Positions 10,105 to 19,948 of a stretch of 64,000 nt of DNA are shown here, in pieces. The stretch comes from Escherichia coli (GTDB lineage: Bacteria > Pseudomonadota > Gammaproteobacteria > Enterobacterales > Enterobacteriaceae), in NCBI RefSeq assembly GCF_030384885.1, contig NZ_CP128613.1. One strand, written 5' to 3'. A model generated the notes under the pieces. It saw only the letters and a list, made by a program, of their open reading frames with translations. It was not told the origin of the DNA and made no database searches. Position numbers and translations under genes: made by a program. Each line of letters starts with the position of its first letter. Within the stretch, counting starts at the first letter, position 1.

Positions 10105-10942
10105 TCTGAGCGGCTACAACTTTGCCTACCTCGACGAGCAGACCAAACGCATGATCCGCCGCGCCATCTTAAAAGCGGTGGCGATCCCCGGCTATCAGGT
10201 GCCGTTTGGCGGGCGCGAGATGCCGATGCCGTACGGCTGGGGAACCGGCGGCATACAGCTTACTGCCAGCGTGATTGGTGAAAGCGACGTGTTGAAGGTG
10301 ATTGACCAGGGCGCGGATGACACCACCAACGCGGTGTCGATTCGCAACTTCTTTAAGCGCGTGACCGGGGTAAACACCACTGAACGTACGGATGATGCGA
10401 CGCTTATCCAGACGCGCCACCGCATCCCCGAAACGCCACTGACCGAAGATCAGATCATTATCTTCCAGGTGCCGATCCCGGAACCGCTGCGCTTTATCGA
10501 GCCGCGCGAAACGGAGACCCGCACCATGCACGCGCTGGAGGAGTACGGCGTGATGCAGGTGAAGCTGTATGAAGATATCGCCCGCTTCGGTCATATCGCC
10601 ACCACCTACGCCTATCCGGTGAAGGTGAACGGGCGCTACGTCATGGACCCATCGCCGATCCCGAAATTCGATAACCCGAAAATGGACATGATGCCCGCCC
10701 TGCAGCTGTTCGGCGCAGGGCGCGAGAAGCGCATCTATGCGGTGCCGCCGTTTACCCGCGTGGAAAGTCTCGATTTCGACGATCACCCGTTCACCGTTCA
10801 GCAGTGGAATGAGCCATGCGCCATCTGCGGATCGACCCACAGCTATCTCGACGAAGTGGTGCTGGATGACGCCGGAAACCGCATGTTTGTCTGCTCCGAT
10901 ACCGATTATTGCCGCCAACAGAGCGAGGCGAAAAGCCAATGA
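10097..10942 (+). CDS. phnJ: C-P lyase catalytic subunit PhnJ
   Basis: 281 aa from ATG 10097; C-terminal Cys cluster CAICGS...CSDTDYC. Confidence 0.9.
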   Translation: MANLSGYNFAYLDEQTKRMIRRAILKAVAIPGYQVPFGGREMPMPYGWGTGGIQLTASVIGESDVLKVIDQGADDTTNAVSIRNFFKRVTGVNTTERTDDATLIQTRHRIPETPLTEDQIIIFQVPIPEPLRFIEPRETETRTMHALEEYGVMQVKLYEDIARFGHIATTYAYPVKVNGRYVMDPSPIPKFDNPKMDMMPALQLFGAGREKRIYAVPPFTRVESLDFDDHPFTVQQWNEPCAICGSTHSYLDEVVLDDAGNRMFVCSDTDYCRQQSEAKSQ

Positions 10943-11697
10943 ATCAACCGTTACTTTCGGTCAATAACCTGACCCACCTCTACGCACCGGGCAAAGGCTT
11001 CAGCGACGTTTCTTTTGATTTATGGCCGGGGGAAGTGCTGGGCATCGTCGGGGAATCCGGCTCCGGGAAGACCACGCTGCTGAAATCAATCTCCGCGCGC
11101 CTGACGCCGCAGCAGGGGGAGATTCACTATGAAAACCGTTCCCTCTATGGCATGAGCGAGGCCGACCGCCGTCGCCTGCTGCGCACCGAATGGGGCGTGG
11201 TGCATCAGCATCCGCTCGACGGCCTGCGCCGTCAGGTGTCAGCAGGCGGCAATATCGGCGAACGGCTGATGGCGACCGGGGCGCGTCATTACGGCGATAT
11301 TCGCGCCACCGCGCAGAAGTGGCTGGAAGAGGTGGAGATTCCCGCCAACCGTATCGACGATCTGCCGACCACTTTTTCCGGCGGCATGCAGCAGCGTTTG
11401 CAGATTGCCCGCAACCTGGTGACGCATCCGAAGCTGGTGTTTATGGACGAGCCAACCGGCGGGCTGGATGTGTCAGTGCAGGCACGCCTGCTCGACCTGC
11501 TGCGCGGTCTGGTGGTGGAGCTGAACCTGGCGGTGGTGATTGTCACCCATGATTTGGGCGTCGCCCGCCTGCTGGCGGACCGTTTGCTGGTGATGAAACA
11601 GGGTCAGGTGGTGGAGAGTGGGTTAACCGACCGCGTACTCGACGACCCACATCATCCGTATACCCAGTTGCTGGTGTCATCGGTTTTGCAGAATTGA
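10939..11697 (+). CDS. phnK: C-P lyase-associated ABC-type ATPase PhnK
   Basis: 252 aa; Walker A GESGSGKTT; start overlaps phnJ stop. Confidence 0.9.
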   Translation: MNQPLLSVNNLTHLYAPGKGFSDVSFDLWPGEVLGIVGESGSGKTTLLKSISARLTPQQGEIHYENRSLYGMSEADRRRLLRTEWGVVHQHPLDGLRRQVSAGGNIGERLMATGARHYGDIRATAQKWLEEVEIPANRIDDLPTTFSGGMQQRLQIARNLVTHPKLVFMDEPTGGLDVSVQARLLDLLRGLVVELNLAVVIVTHDLGVARLLADRLLVMKQGQVVESGLTDRVLDDPHHPYTQLLVSSVLQN

Positions 11698-11720
11698 GTT
11701 GCAACACTTTGCGCACTGAT

Positions 11721-11830
11721 CCCCTCACCCCGGCCCTCTCCCGGAGGGAGAGGGAGAAAACCGGCGCAATATTCAACACCGTGCACAAGCGGTCCCCTCG
11801 CCCCTTTGGGGAGAGGGTTAGGGTGAGGGG
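11721..11830. repeat. Second copy of the boxC-like repeat, phnK-phnL spacer
   Basis: Same two modules as at 6368-6462 but in swapped order. Confidence 0.6.
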
Positions 11831-11874
11831 CAATGTGCGCACCGCTCCCAAACATGCGAACCACGAGGCGAAAA

Positions 11875-12555
11875 ATGATTAACGTACAAAACATCAGTAA
11901 AACCTTCATCCTGCACCAACAAAACGGCGTGCGTCTGCCTGTATTACAACGCGCCTCGCTCACCGTCAACGCAGGCGAATGCGTGGTGCTCCACGGTCAC
12001 TCCGGCAGCGGCAAATCAACTCTGCTACGCTCGCTGTACGCCAACTATCTGCCCGACGAAGGGCAAATCCAGATCAAACACGGTGACGAATGGGTAGACC
12101 TGGTCACCGCGCCAACGCGCAAAGTGGTGGAAATCCGCAAAACCACTGTCGGCTGGGTAAGCCAGTTTCTGCGCGTCATCCCGCGTATTTCGGCACTGGA
12201 AGTGGTGATGCAGCCGCTGCTCGATACCGGCGTTCCGCGTGAAGCCTGCGCCGCTAAAGCCGCCCGATTACTGACGCGCCTGAACGTGCCTGAACGCCTG
12301 TGGCACCTGGCACCATCGACCTTCTCCGGCGGCGAACAGCAGCGCGTCAACATCGCCCGTGGCTTTATCGTCGACTATCCGATTCTGCTGCTGGATGAAC
12401 CCACCGCCTCGCTGGACGCTAAAAACAGCGCCGCCGTAGTGGAACTGATCCGCGAAGCCAAAGCCCGTGGCGCAGCCATCGTCGGCATCTTCCATGACGA
12501 AGCCGTACGCAATGACGTCGCCGACCGCCTGCACCCAATGGGAGCCTCTGCATGA
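11875..12555 (+). CDS. phnL: C-P lyase-associated ABC-type ATPase PhnL
   Basis: 226 aa from ATG 11875; Walker [10 protein letters not shown], signature FSGGEQQR. Confidence 0.9.
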   Translation: MINVQNISKTFILHQQNGVRLPVLQRASLTVNAGECVVLHGHSGSGKSTLLRSLYANYLPDEGQIQIKHGDEWVDLVTAPTRKVVEIRKTTVGWVSQFLRVIPRISALEVVMQPLLDTGVPREACAAKAARLLTRLNVPERLWHLAPSTFSGGEQQRVNIARGFIVDYPILLLDEPTASLDAKNSAAVVELIREAKARGAAIVGIFHDEAVRNDVADRLHPMGASA

Positions 12556-13688
12556 TTATCAATAACGTCAAACTGGTGCTGGAAAACGAAGTGGTGCACG
12601 GTTCACTGGAAGTACAGGACGGTGAAATCCGCGCCTTTGCCGAAAGCCAGAGCCGCCTGCCAGAGGCGATGGACGGCGAAGGCGGCTGGCTGCTGCCGGG
12701 GCTGATTGAGCTGCATACCGACAACCTCGATAAATTCTTCACTCCGCGCCCAAAAGTGGACTGGCCTGCCCACTCGGCGATGAGCAGCCACGACGCGCTG
12801 ATGGTGGCGAGCGGCATCACCACCGTGCTGGATGCCGTGGCGATTGGCGACGTGCGCGACGGCGGCGATCGGCTGGAGAATCTGGAGAAGATGATCAACG
12901 CCATCGAAGAGACGCAGAAACGCGGGGTCAACCGCGCCGAGCACCGTCTGCACCTGCGTTGCGAACTGCCGCATCACACCACGCTGCCGCTGTTTGAAAA
13001 ACTGGTGCAGCGCGAACCGGTGACGCTGGTATCGCTGATGGACCACTCGCCGGGCCAGCGCCAGTTCGCCAATCGCGAGAAGTATCGCGAATATTACCAG
13101 GGCAAATACTCGCTCACCGATGCGCAGATGCAGCAGTACGAAGAGGAACAGCTGGCGCTTGCCGCACGCTGGTCGCAGCCGAATCGCGAAACCATCGCCG
13201 CAATATGCCGCGCGCGACAAATTGCCCTCGCCAGCCACGATGACGCCACGCGCGCGCACGTTGCCGAATCCCACCAGCTTGGCAGCGTAATCGCCGAATT
13301 TCCCACCACGTTCGAAGCGGCGGAAGCTTCGCGCAAGCATGGCATGAATGTATTGATGGGCGCGCCGAATATTGTGCGCGGCGGTTCGCACTCCGGCAAC
13401 GTGGCGGCCAGTGAACTGGCACAGCTTGGTCTGCTGGATATCCTCTCTTCCGACTACTACCCCGCCAGCCTGCTCGATGCGGCATTTCGCGTCGCCGATG
13501 ACGAGAGCAACCGCTTTACTCTGTCGCAGGCGGTGAAGCTGGTGACCAAAAATCCGGCGCAGGCGCTTAATCTTCAGGATCGCGGGGTGATTGGCGAGGG
13601 CAAACGCGCCGACCTGGTGCTGGCGCATCGCAAGGGCAACCACATTCATATCGATCACGTCTGGCGTCAGGGTAAAAGGGTGTTCTGA
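12552..13688 (+). CDS. phnM: Amidohydrolase-family phosphonate metabolism protein PhnM
   Basis: 378-aa ORF; start overlaps phnL stop. Confidence 0.9.
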   Translation: MIINNVKLVLENEVVHGSLEVQDGEIRAFAESQSRLPEAMDGEGGWLLPGLIELHTDNLDKFFTPRPKVDWPAHSAMSSHDALMVASGITTVLDAVAIGDVRDGGDRLENLEKMINAIEETQKRGVNRAEHRLHLRCELPHHTTLPLFEKLVQREPVTLVSLMDHSPGQRQFANREKYREYYQGKYSLTDAQMQQYEEEQLALAARWSQPNRETIAAICRARQIALASHDDATRAHVAESHQLGSVIAEFPTTFEAAEASRKHGMNVLMGAPNIVRGGSHSGNVAASELAQLGLLDILSSDYYPASLLDAAFRVADDESNRFTLSQAVKLVTKNPAQALNLQDRGVIGEGKRADLVLAHRKGNHIHIDHVWRQGKRVF

Positions 13689-14245
13689 TGACGGGAAAAC
13701 TGATTTGGTTAATGGGGGCCTCTGGCTCCGGAAAAGACAGTCTGTTGACGGAACTCCGCCAGCGGGAACAAACTCAGCTACTGGTAGCGCATCGCTACAT
13801 CACGCGCGCCGCCAGCGCCGGAAGTGAAAACCATATCGCCCTGAGCGAGCAGGAGTTTTTTACCCGCGCGGGGCAGAACCTTCTGGCCTTAAGCTGGCAC
13901 GCCAACGGCCTGTATTATGGCATCGGCGTCGAGATTGACCTCTGGCTGCACGCTGGATTTGACGTGGTGGTCAACGGCTCACGCGCCCATCTACCGCAGG
14001 CGCGGGCGCGCTATCAATCGGCGCTGCTGCCCGTTTGTTTACAGGTTTCGCCAGAGATCCTGCGCCAGCGCCTGGAAAACCGTGGCCGTGAAAACGCCAG
14101 TGAAATTAACGCCCGCCTGGCGCGTGCGGCCCGCTATACTCCACAGGATTGCCATACGCTCAACAATGACGGCAGCCTGCGCCAGTCGGTCGACACGCTG
14201 CTGACGCTGATTCATCAGAAGGAGAAACACCATGCCTGCTTGTGA
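13688..14245 (+). CDS. phnN: Ribose 1,5-bisphosphate phosphokinase PhnN
   Basis: 185 aa; P-loop GASGSGKDS. Confidence 0.9.
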
Positions 14246-14666
14246 GCTTCGTCCGGCCACGCAGTACGACACCGACGCGGTTTACGCGCTGATTTGTGAG
14301 CTAAAACAGGCGGAGTTTGACCACCACGCGTTTCGCGTGGGGTTTAACGCCAATCTGCGCGACCCGAACATGCGCTACCATCTGGCGCTGCTGGATGGCG
14401 AAGTTGTCGGCATGATCGGCCTGCATTTGCAGTTTCATCTGCATCATGTCAACTGGATCGGCGAAATTCAGGAACTGGTGGTGATGCCGCAGGCGCGCGG
14501 TCTGAACGTCGGCAGTAAATTACTGGCATGGGCCGAAGAAGAAGCCCGCCAGGCCGGGGCCGAAATGACCGAGCTTTCCACCAACGTCAAGCGCCACGAC
14601 GCGCACCGTTTCTATCTGCGCGAAGGCTACGAGCAGAGCCACTTCCGCTTCACCAAGGCGCTGTAA
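14232..14666 (+). CDS. phnO: Aminoalkylphosphonate N-acetyltransferase PhnO (GNAT)
   Basis: 144-aa ORF; operon position. Confidence 0.9.
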
Positions 14667-14667
14667 C

Positions 14668-15426
14668 ATGAGCCTGACCCTCACACTTACTGGCACTGGC
14701 GGCGCACAGGGTGTTCCCGCATGGGGCTGTGAGTGCGCGGCCTGCGCCAGAGCGCGGCGCTCACCGCAGTATCGCCGCCAGCCATGCAGCGGCGTCGTGA
14801 AGTTTAACGACGCGATCACCCTGATCGACGCCGGGCTGCACGATCTCGCCGATCGCTGGTCGCCCGGATCGTTCCAGCAGTTTTTGCTGACGCACTACCA
14901 TATGGATCACGTGCAGGGGCTGTTTCCGCTGCGCTGGGGCGTGGGCGATTCGATCCCGGTCTACGGCCCGCCGGATGAACAGGGCTGCGACGATCTGTTT
15001 AAACATCCGGGCCTGCTTGATTTCAGCCACACGGTGGAGCCATTTGTGATGTTTGATTTGCAGGGATTACAGGTCACGCCGCTGCCGCTCAACCATTCGA
15101 AACTCACTTTCGGCTATCTACTGGAAACGGCACATAGCCGGGTGGCGTGGCTGTCTGACACCGCAGGCCTGCCGGAAAAAACGGTGAAATTTTTACGCAA
15201 TAATCAGCCACAGGTAATGGTGATTGATTGCAGCCACCCACCGCGCGCGAATTCGCCACGCAATCACTGTGATTTAAACACCGTGCTGGCGCTGAATGAA
15301 GTTATCCGCTCGCCGCGCGTGGTTCTGACACATATCAGCCATCAGCTTGATGTGTGGCTGATGGAGAACGTACTGCCGTCAGGGTTTGAGGCGGGGTTTG
15401 ATGGGATGGAGATTGGGGTGGAGTGA
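14668..15426 (+). CDS. phnP: Phosphodiesterase PhnP (metallo-beta-lactamase fold)
   Basis: 252 aa; HxHxDH motif [10 protein letters not shown]. Confidence 0.9.
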   Translation: MSLTLTLTGTGGAQGVPAWGCECAACARARRSPQYRRQPCSGVVKFNDAITLIDAGLHDLADRWSPGSFQQFLLTHYHMDHVQGLFPLRWGVGDSIPVYGPPDEQGCDDLFKHPGLLDFSHTVEPFVMFDLQGLQVTPLPLNHSKLTFGYLLETAHSRVAWLSDTAGLPEKTVKFLRNNQPQVMVIDCSHPPRANSPRNHCDLNTVLALNEVIRSPRVVLTHISHQLDVWLMENVLPSGFEAGFDGMEIGVE

Positions 15427-15460
15427 TGGGTGAGGGGCGATGCCTGCTCTAAACTCAACA

Positions 15461-15790
15461 TCACCGCCCATACTCATCTTCCATTCTCCGCTCTTCATCT
15501 TCTAGCTGCCGACGCTCCTGATCCAGCTGGCGCTGGCGATCGTCCAGCTGCCTGCGGCGATCTTCAAACTGGCGGCGGCGATCGTCATATTGTCTGCGCC
15601 GATCGTCGTTCACTTCACGCTGCCAGCCGTCGTCGCGCGAATCTTCATAGTCTCGCCCACGGTCAGGGTTATAAGCATCGTTAATCGCCTGCTGAATATT
15701 GCCAATGGTGTCGTCGATAATATCGGCCTGGGCCGGAACGGTGGACAGCGTGAGCAGGGTGAATAAAAGAAATAGCGGAAAACGTTTCAT
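15461..15790 (-). CDS. yjdP: Small secreted repeat protein YjdP
   Basis: 109 aa; signal peptide MKRFPLFLLFTLLTLSTVPAQA followed by reiterated D/R/Q-rich units. Confidence 0.8.
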   Translation of the reverse strand: MKRFPLFLLFTLLTLSTVPAQADIIDDTIGNIQQAINDAYNPDRGRDYEDSRDDGWQREVNDDRRRQYDDRRRQFEDRRRQLDDRQRQLDQERRQLEDEERRMEDEYGR

Positions 15791-15858
15791 TAGCCAACCT
15801 CAAAAAGAAACTCTATCCACATTAGTCATTACTCATCCATGCAAGTAGTGGATGAATC

Positions 15859-16176
15859 TCAATTTTTCCGCTGCTCTATTGCCGTAATCGCCTCCACGCG
15901 TTGTTGATGACGACCGCCTTCGTACTGCGCGCCCAGCCACACATCCACAATCATTTTTGCCAGTTCGAGGCCAACCACTCGTGAACCAAAAGCCAGTGCA
16001 ACTTCACTGGCGTAATGCGGATAATCAGTGCGCTCTGACGACCTGGTTTCTTTATCAATCCCCTCACTCATTGACCATGAATAAAAGGCTGGCACAGCAA
16101 CGCAGAATCCTGCGGTGCCAGCGACATGACCGCCCATTGCTCCGGTACGTTTTTTAATAAGAAACACCGGTTGCAT
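15859..16176 (-). pseudogene. rpiB: rpiB remnant (ribose-5-phosphate isomerase B, internally deleted)
   Basis: 105-aa ORF whose C-terminal ~55 aa (FGSRVVGLELAKMIVD...QRVEAITAIEQR) match the RpiB C-terminus as I remember it, while the N-terminal part does not and the central catalytic segment is missing. Confidence 0.55.
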
Positions 16177-16428
16177 TGATTAATTGTGCTCAGTATTTGC
16201 CGAAGTACAATATATATAATAAATATATAAAACACCTCATATTATTTACAGAAATAATAAATTCGCGTACTTTTCCCTCTTCAGCACAAATGCCTAATAA
16301 AATGGCTCGTTCCGCTCACACTTCCACTTATTAAAGTCGCAAATTCCCAATTATGATAACGCCAGCTTTAAATGACGTATTTTGCATGGATTACATATTT
16401 ACGACATAAATGATAAATGGAGATTTAT

Positions 16429-18414
16429 ATGAATAACTCTCGGTTATTCCGTTTGAGCAGGATTGTTATTGCGTTAACTGCCGCCAGCGGCATGATGGTA
16501 AATACCGCTCACGCAACAGATGAAGCGAAAGCCGCGACTCAATATACCCAGCAGGTTAATCAGCATTACGCAAAATCATTACCGTTTAGCGATCGTCAGG
16601 ACTTTGACGATGCCCAGCGCGGATTTATCGCCCCGCTGCTGGATGAAGGTATTCTGCGCGATGCGAATGGCAAAGTTTACTACCGCGCGGATGATTACAA
16701 ATTTGATATTAATGCCGCTGCGCCGGAAACCGTAAACCCCAGCCTGTGGCGTCAGTCGCAGATCAACGGCATTTCTGGCCTGTTCAAAGTCACCGATAAA
16801 ATGTATCAGGTACGCGGCCAGGATATCTCTAACATTACATTCGTTGAGGGCGAGAAAGGCATTATTGTTATCGACCCACTGGTAACGCCGCCTGCCGCAA
16901 AAGCCGCACTTGACCTTTACTTCCAGCATCGTCCGCAAAAACCGATTGTTGCTGTGATTTACACCCACAGCCACGCCGATCATTATGGCGGTGTGAAAGG
17001 CATTATCTCTGAAGCGGATGTTAAATCTGGCAAAGTGCAGGTGATCGCTCCGGCAGGCTTTATGGACGAAGCCATCAGCGAAAACGTGCTGGCGGGTAAC
17101 ATCATGAGCCGCCGTGCGCTCTACTCTTACGGTCTGTTACTGCCGCACAACGCGCAAGGCAACGTTGGCAACGGCCTGGGCGTGACGCTGGCAACGGGCG
17201 ACCCGAGCATTATTGCGCCAACCAAAACGATTGTCAGAACTGGCGAGAAGATGGTTATCGACGGTCTGGAGTTTGACTTCCTGATGACTCCGGGTAGCGA
17301 AGCGCCAGCCGAAATGCACTTCTATATTCCGGCCCTGAAAGCCCTGTGTACCGCCGAAAACGCCACGCATACCCTGCACAACTTCTACACCCTGCGCGGC
17401 GCGAAAACCCGCGATACCAGCAAGTGGACAGAGTATCTGAACGAAACGCTGGATATGTGGGGTAACGACGCGGAAGTACTGTTTATGCCGCACACCTGGC
17501 CGGTCTGGGGCAATAAGCATATCAATGATTATATTGGTAAATATCGCGATACTATCAAATACATTCACGACCAGACCCTGCACCTGGCGAACCAGGGTTA
17601 CACCATGAATGAAATCGGCGACATGATTAAGCTGCCACCTGCGCTTGCCAATAACTGGGCCAGCCGCGGCTATTACGGTTCTGTTAGCCACAACGCCCGT
17701 GCAGTATATAACTTCTATCTCGGCTATTATGACGGCAATCCAGCTAACCTACATCCGTACGGTCAGGTGGAGATGGGCAAACGTTACGTGAAAGCGCTGG
17801 GCGGTTCCGCCCGTGTCATCAACCTGGCGCAAGAAGCGAACAAGCAAGGGGATTACCGCTGGTCAGCAGAGTTGCTGAAACAGGTGATTGCCGCCAATCC
17901 GGGTGACCAGGTGGCGAAGAATCTGCAAGCAAATAACTTTGAACAGTTGGGTTATCAGGCCGAGTCCGCCACCTGGCGCGGTTTCTACCTGACCGGCGCA
18001 AAAGAGCTGCGCGAAGGGGTGCATAAGTTCAGCCACGGCACCACTGGTTCTCCGGACACCCTTCGCGGGATGTCGGTCGAAATGCTGTTCGACTTTATGG
18101 CCGTTCGTCTCGACAGCGAAAAAGCCGCGGGCAAAAACATCAGCCTGAACTTCAATATGAGTAACGGCGATAACCTCAACCTGACGCTGAACGATAGCGT
18201 GCTTAACTATCGTAAAACGCTACAACCTGAAGCCAACGCCTCTTTCTATATCAGCCGTGAAGATCTGCACGCCGTGCTGACCGGACAAGCCAAAATGGCG
18301 GATCTGGTAAAAGCGAAGAAAGCCAAAATTATTGGCAATGGCGCGAAACTGGAAGAAATTATCGCCTGTCTGGATAATTTCGATTTGTGGGTGAATATCG
18401 TAACCCCAAATTAA
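16429..18414 (+). CDS. yjcS: Alkyl/aryl-sulfatase-like metallo-beta-lactamase fold protein YjcS
   Basis: 661 aa from ATG 16429 (GGAG RBS); signal peptide; HxHxDH motif [11 protein letters not shown]. Confidence 0.85.
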   Translation: MNNSRLFRLSRIVIALTAASGMMVNTAHATDEAKAATQYTQQVNQHYAKSLPFSDRQDFDDAQRGFIAPLLDEGILRDANGKVYYRADDYKFDINAAAPETVNPSLWRQSQINGISGLFKVTDKMYQVRGQDISNITFVEGEKGIIVIDPLVTPPAAKAALDLYFQHRPQKPIVAVIYTHSHADHYGGVKGIISEADVKSGKVQVIAPAGFMDEAISENVLAGNIMSRRALYSYGLLLPHNAQGNVGNGLGVTLATGDPSIIAPTKTIVRTGEKMVIDGLEFDFLMTPGSEAPAEMHFYIPALKALCTAENATHTLHNFYTLRGAKTRDTSKWTEYLNETLDMWGNDAEVLFMPHTWPVWGNKHINDYIGKYRDTIKYIHDQTLHLANQGYTMNEIGDMIKLPPALANNWASRGYYGSVSHNARAVYNFYLGYYDGNPANLHPYGQVEMGKRYVKALGGSARVINLAQEANKQGDYRWSAELLKQVIAANPGDQVAKNLQANNFEQLGYQAESATWRGFYLTGAKELREGVHKFSHGTTGSPDTLRGMSVEMLFDFMAVRLDSEKAAGKNISLNFNMSNGDNLNLTLNDSVLNYRKTLQPEANASFYISREDLHAVLTGQAKMADLVKAKKAKIIGNGAKLEEIIACLDNFDLWVNIVTPN

Positions 18415-18423
18415 TGCCACTCA

Positions 18424-18458
18424 CTTTTGGGGGCGCTTAAGCCCCCAAAAGCATTTAT
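18424..18458 (+). terminator. Rho-independent terminator downstream of yjcS
   Basis: Inverted repeat cttttgggggc / gcccccaaaag with 6-nt loop followed by T-rich tract. Confidence 0.6.
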
Positions 18459-18622
18459 TTTAAAAATACATACAACAAATTAATACATAAAATATATAAG
18501 TTATGAATGCGGTGGCTGAATAAAGCTATTTTTATTCATCGAGAAAATAGCCATACTGACGCCTTCAATGGATATTGATATTCACTACAGATATTGTTCG
18601 CAGCAGACAGGATGTATTTAAT

Positions 18623-18898
18623 ATGCCAACAGTTCTCTCTCGCATGGCGATGAAACTCAAAAAAACAGCCTGGATAATTCCCGTCTTCATGGTTTCGGGA
18701 TGCTCATTATCTCCGGCAATCCCGGTGATCGGCGCTTATTATCCCAGCTGGTTTTTCTGCGCCATTGCCAGCCTTATTTTGACGCTCATCACGAGGCGAA
18801 TTATTCAGCGGGCAAATATCAATCTGGCATTTGTCGGAATTATTTATACCGCCCTTTTTGCTCTCTACGCCATGCTGTTCTGGCTGGCATTTTTCTAA
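18623..18898 (+). CDS. ytcA: Small membrane lipoprotein YtcA
   Basis: 91 aa from ATG 18623; lipobox-like VSGC then a hydrophobic segment; directly upstream of mdtN. Confidence 0.75.
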   Translation: MPTVLSRMAMKLKKTAWIIPVFMVSGCSLSPAIPVIGAYYPSWFFCAIASLILTLITRRIIQRANINLAFVGIIYTALFALYAMLFWLAFF

Positions 18899-18916
18899 TC
18901 TATTTGAGACGCGCTC

Positions 18917-19948
18917 ATGGAAAGTACGCCGAAAAAAGCTCCTCGCAGTAAATTCCCTGCTCTGTTAGTGGTTGCGTTGGCGCTGGTTGCCCTTGTTTTC
19001 GTTATCTGGCGCGTAGACAGTGCGCCATCAACTAATGACGCCTACGCGTCAGCAGATACCATTGATGTGGTGCCGGAAGTCAGCGGTCGCATTGTAGAAC
19101 TGGCGGTCACCGACAACCAGGCGGTGAAACAGGGCGATTTGCTGTTCCGCATCGACCCGCGCCCGTACGAAGCCAATCTGGCGAAAGCAGAAGCCTCCCT
19201 CGCGGCGCTGGATAAGCAAATTATGCTCACCCAGCGTAGCGTTGACGCACAACAGTTTGGTGCCGACTCGGTTAATGCCACGGTAGAAAAAGCCCGTGCC
19301 GCCGCGAAACAGGCCAGTGATACATTACGCCGCACCGAGCCATTACTGAAAGAAGGTTTCGTCTCAGCGGAAGACGTTGACCGTGCAAGAACGGCGCAGC
19401 GCGCCGCAGAAGCCGATCTTAACGCCGTATTGTTGCAAGCGCAGTCAGCCGCCAGCGCCGTCAGCGGCGTGGATGCGCTGGTGGCGCAACGTGCGGCAGT
19501 GGAAGCGGATATTGCGTTGACGAAACTGCATCTGGAAATGGCGACCGTTCGCGCGCCGTTTGATGGCCGGGTCATTTCCCTCAAAACCTCCGTCGGGCAA
19601 TTTGCTTCTGCCATGCGCCCTATTTTCACCCTAATCGACACTCGTCACTGGTACGTGATCGCCAACTTCCGCGAAACTGATCTGAAAAATATTCGCTCAG
19701 GTACACCCGCAACCATTCGCCTGATGAGCGACAGCGGCAAAACCTTCGCAGGTAAAGTGGATTCGATTGGCTACGGCGTGCTACCGGATGACGGCGGCCT
19801 GGTGCTGGGCGGCCTGCCGAAAGTGTCTCGTTCTATTAACTGGGTCCGCGTTGCCCAGCGTTTTCCGGTCAAAATCATGGTTGAAAAACCTGACCCGGAA
19901 ATGTTCCGCATCGGCGCTTCGGCAGTCGCTAATCTTGAGCCGCAATAA
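18917..19948 (+). CDS. mdtN: Multidrug efflux membrane fusion protein MdtN (HlyD family)
   Basis: 343-aa ORF with N-terminal TM anchor and coiled-coil region. Confidence 0.9.
   Translation: MESTPKKAPRSKFPALLVVALALVALVFVIWRVDSAPSTNDAYASADTIDVVPEVSGRIVELAVTDNQAVKQGDLLFRIDPRPYEANLAKAEASLAALDKQIMLTQRSVDAQQFGADSVNATVEKARAAAKQASDTLRRTEPLLKEGFVSAEDVDRARTAQRAAEADLNAVLLQAQSAASAVSGVDALVAQRAAVEADIALTKLHLEMATVRAPFDGRVISLKTSVGQFASAMRPIFTLIDTRHWYVIANFRETDLKNIRSGTPATIRLMSDSGKTFAGKVDSIGYGVLPDDGGLVLGGLPKVSRSINWVRVAQRFPVKIMVEKPDPEMFRIGASAVANLEPQ

Noticed and set aside
12603-13658. 351-aa minus-strand ORF inside phnM
   Set aside because: Antisense to phnM; Arg/Ala-rich composition typical of a reverse-frame artefact.
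19042-19641. 199-aa minus-strand ORF inside mdtN
   Set aside because: Antisense artefact within a confidently called gene.
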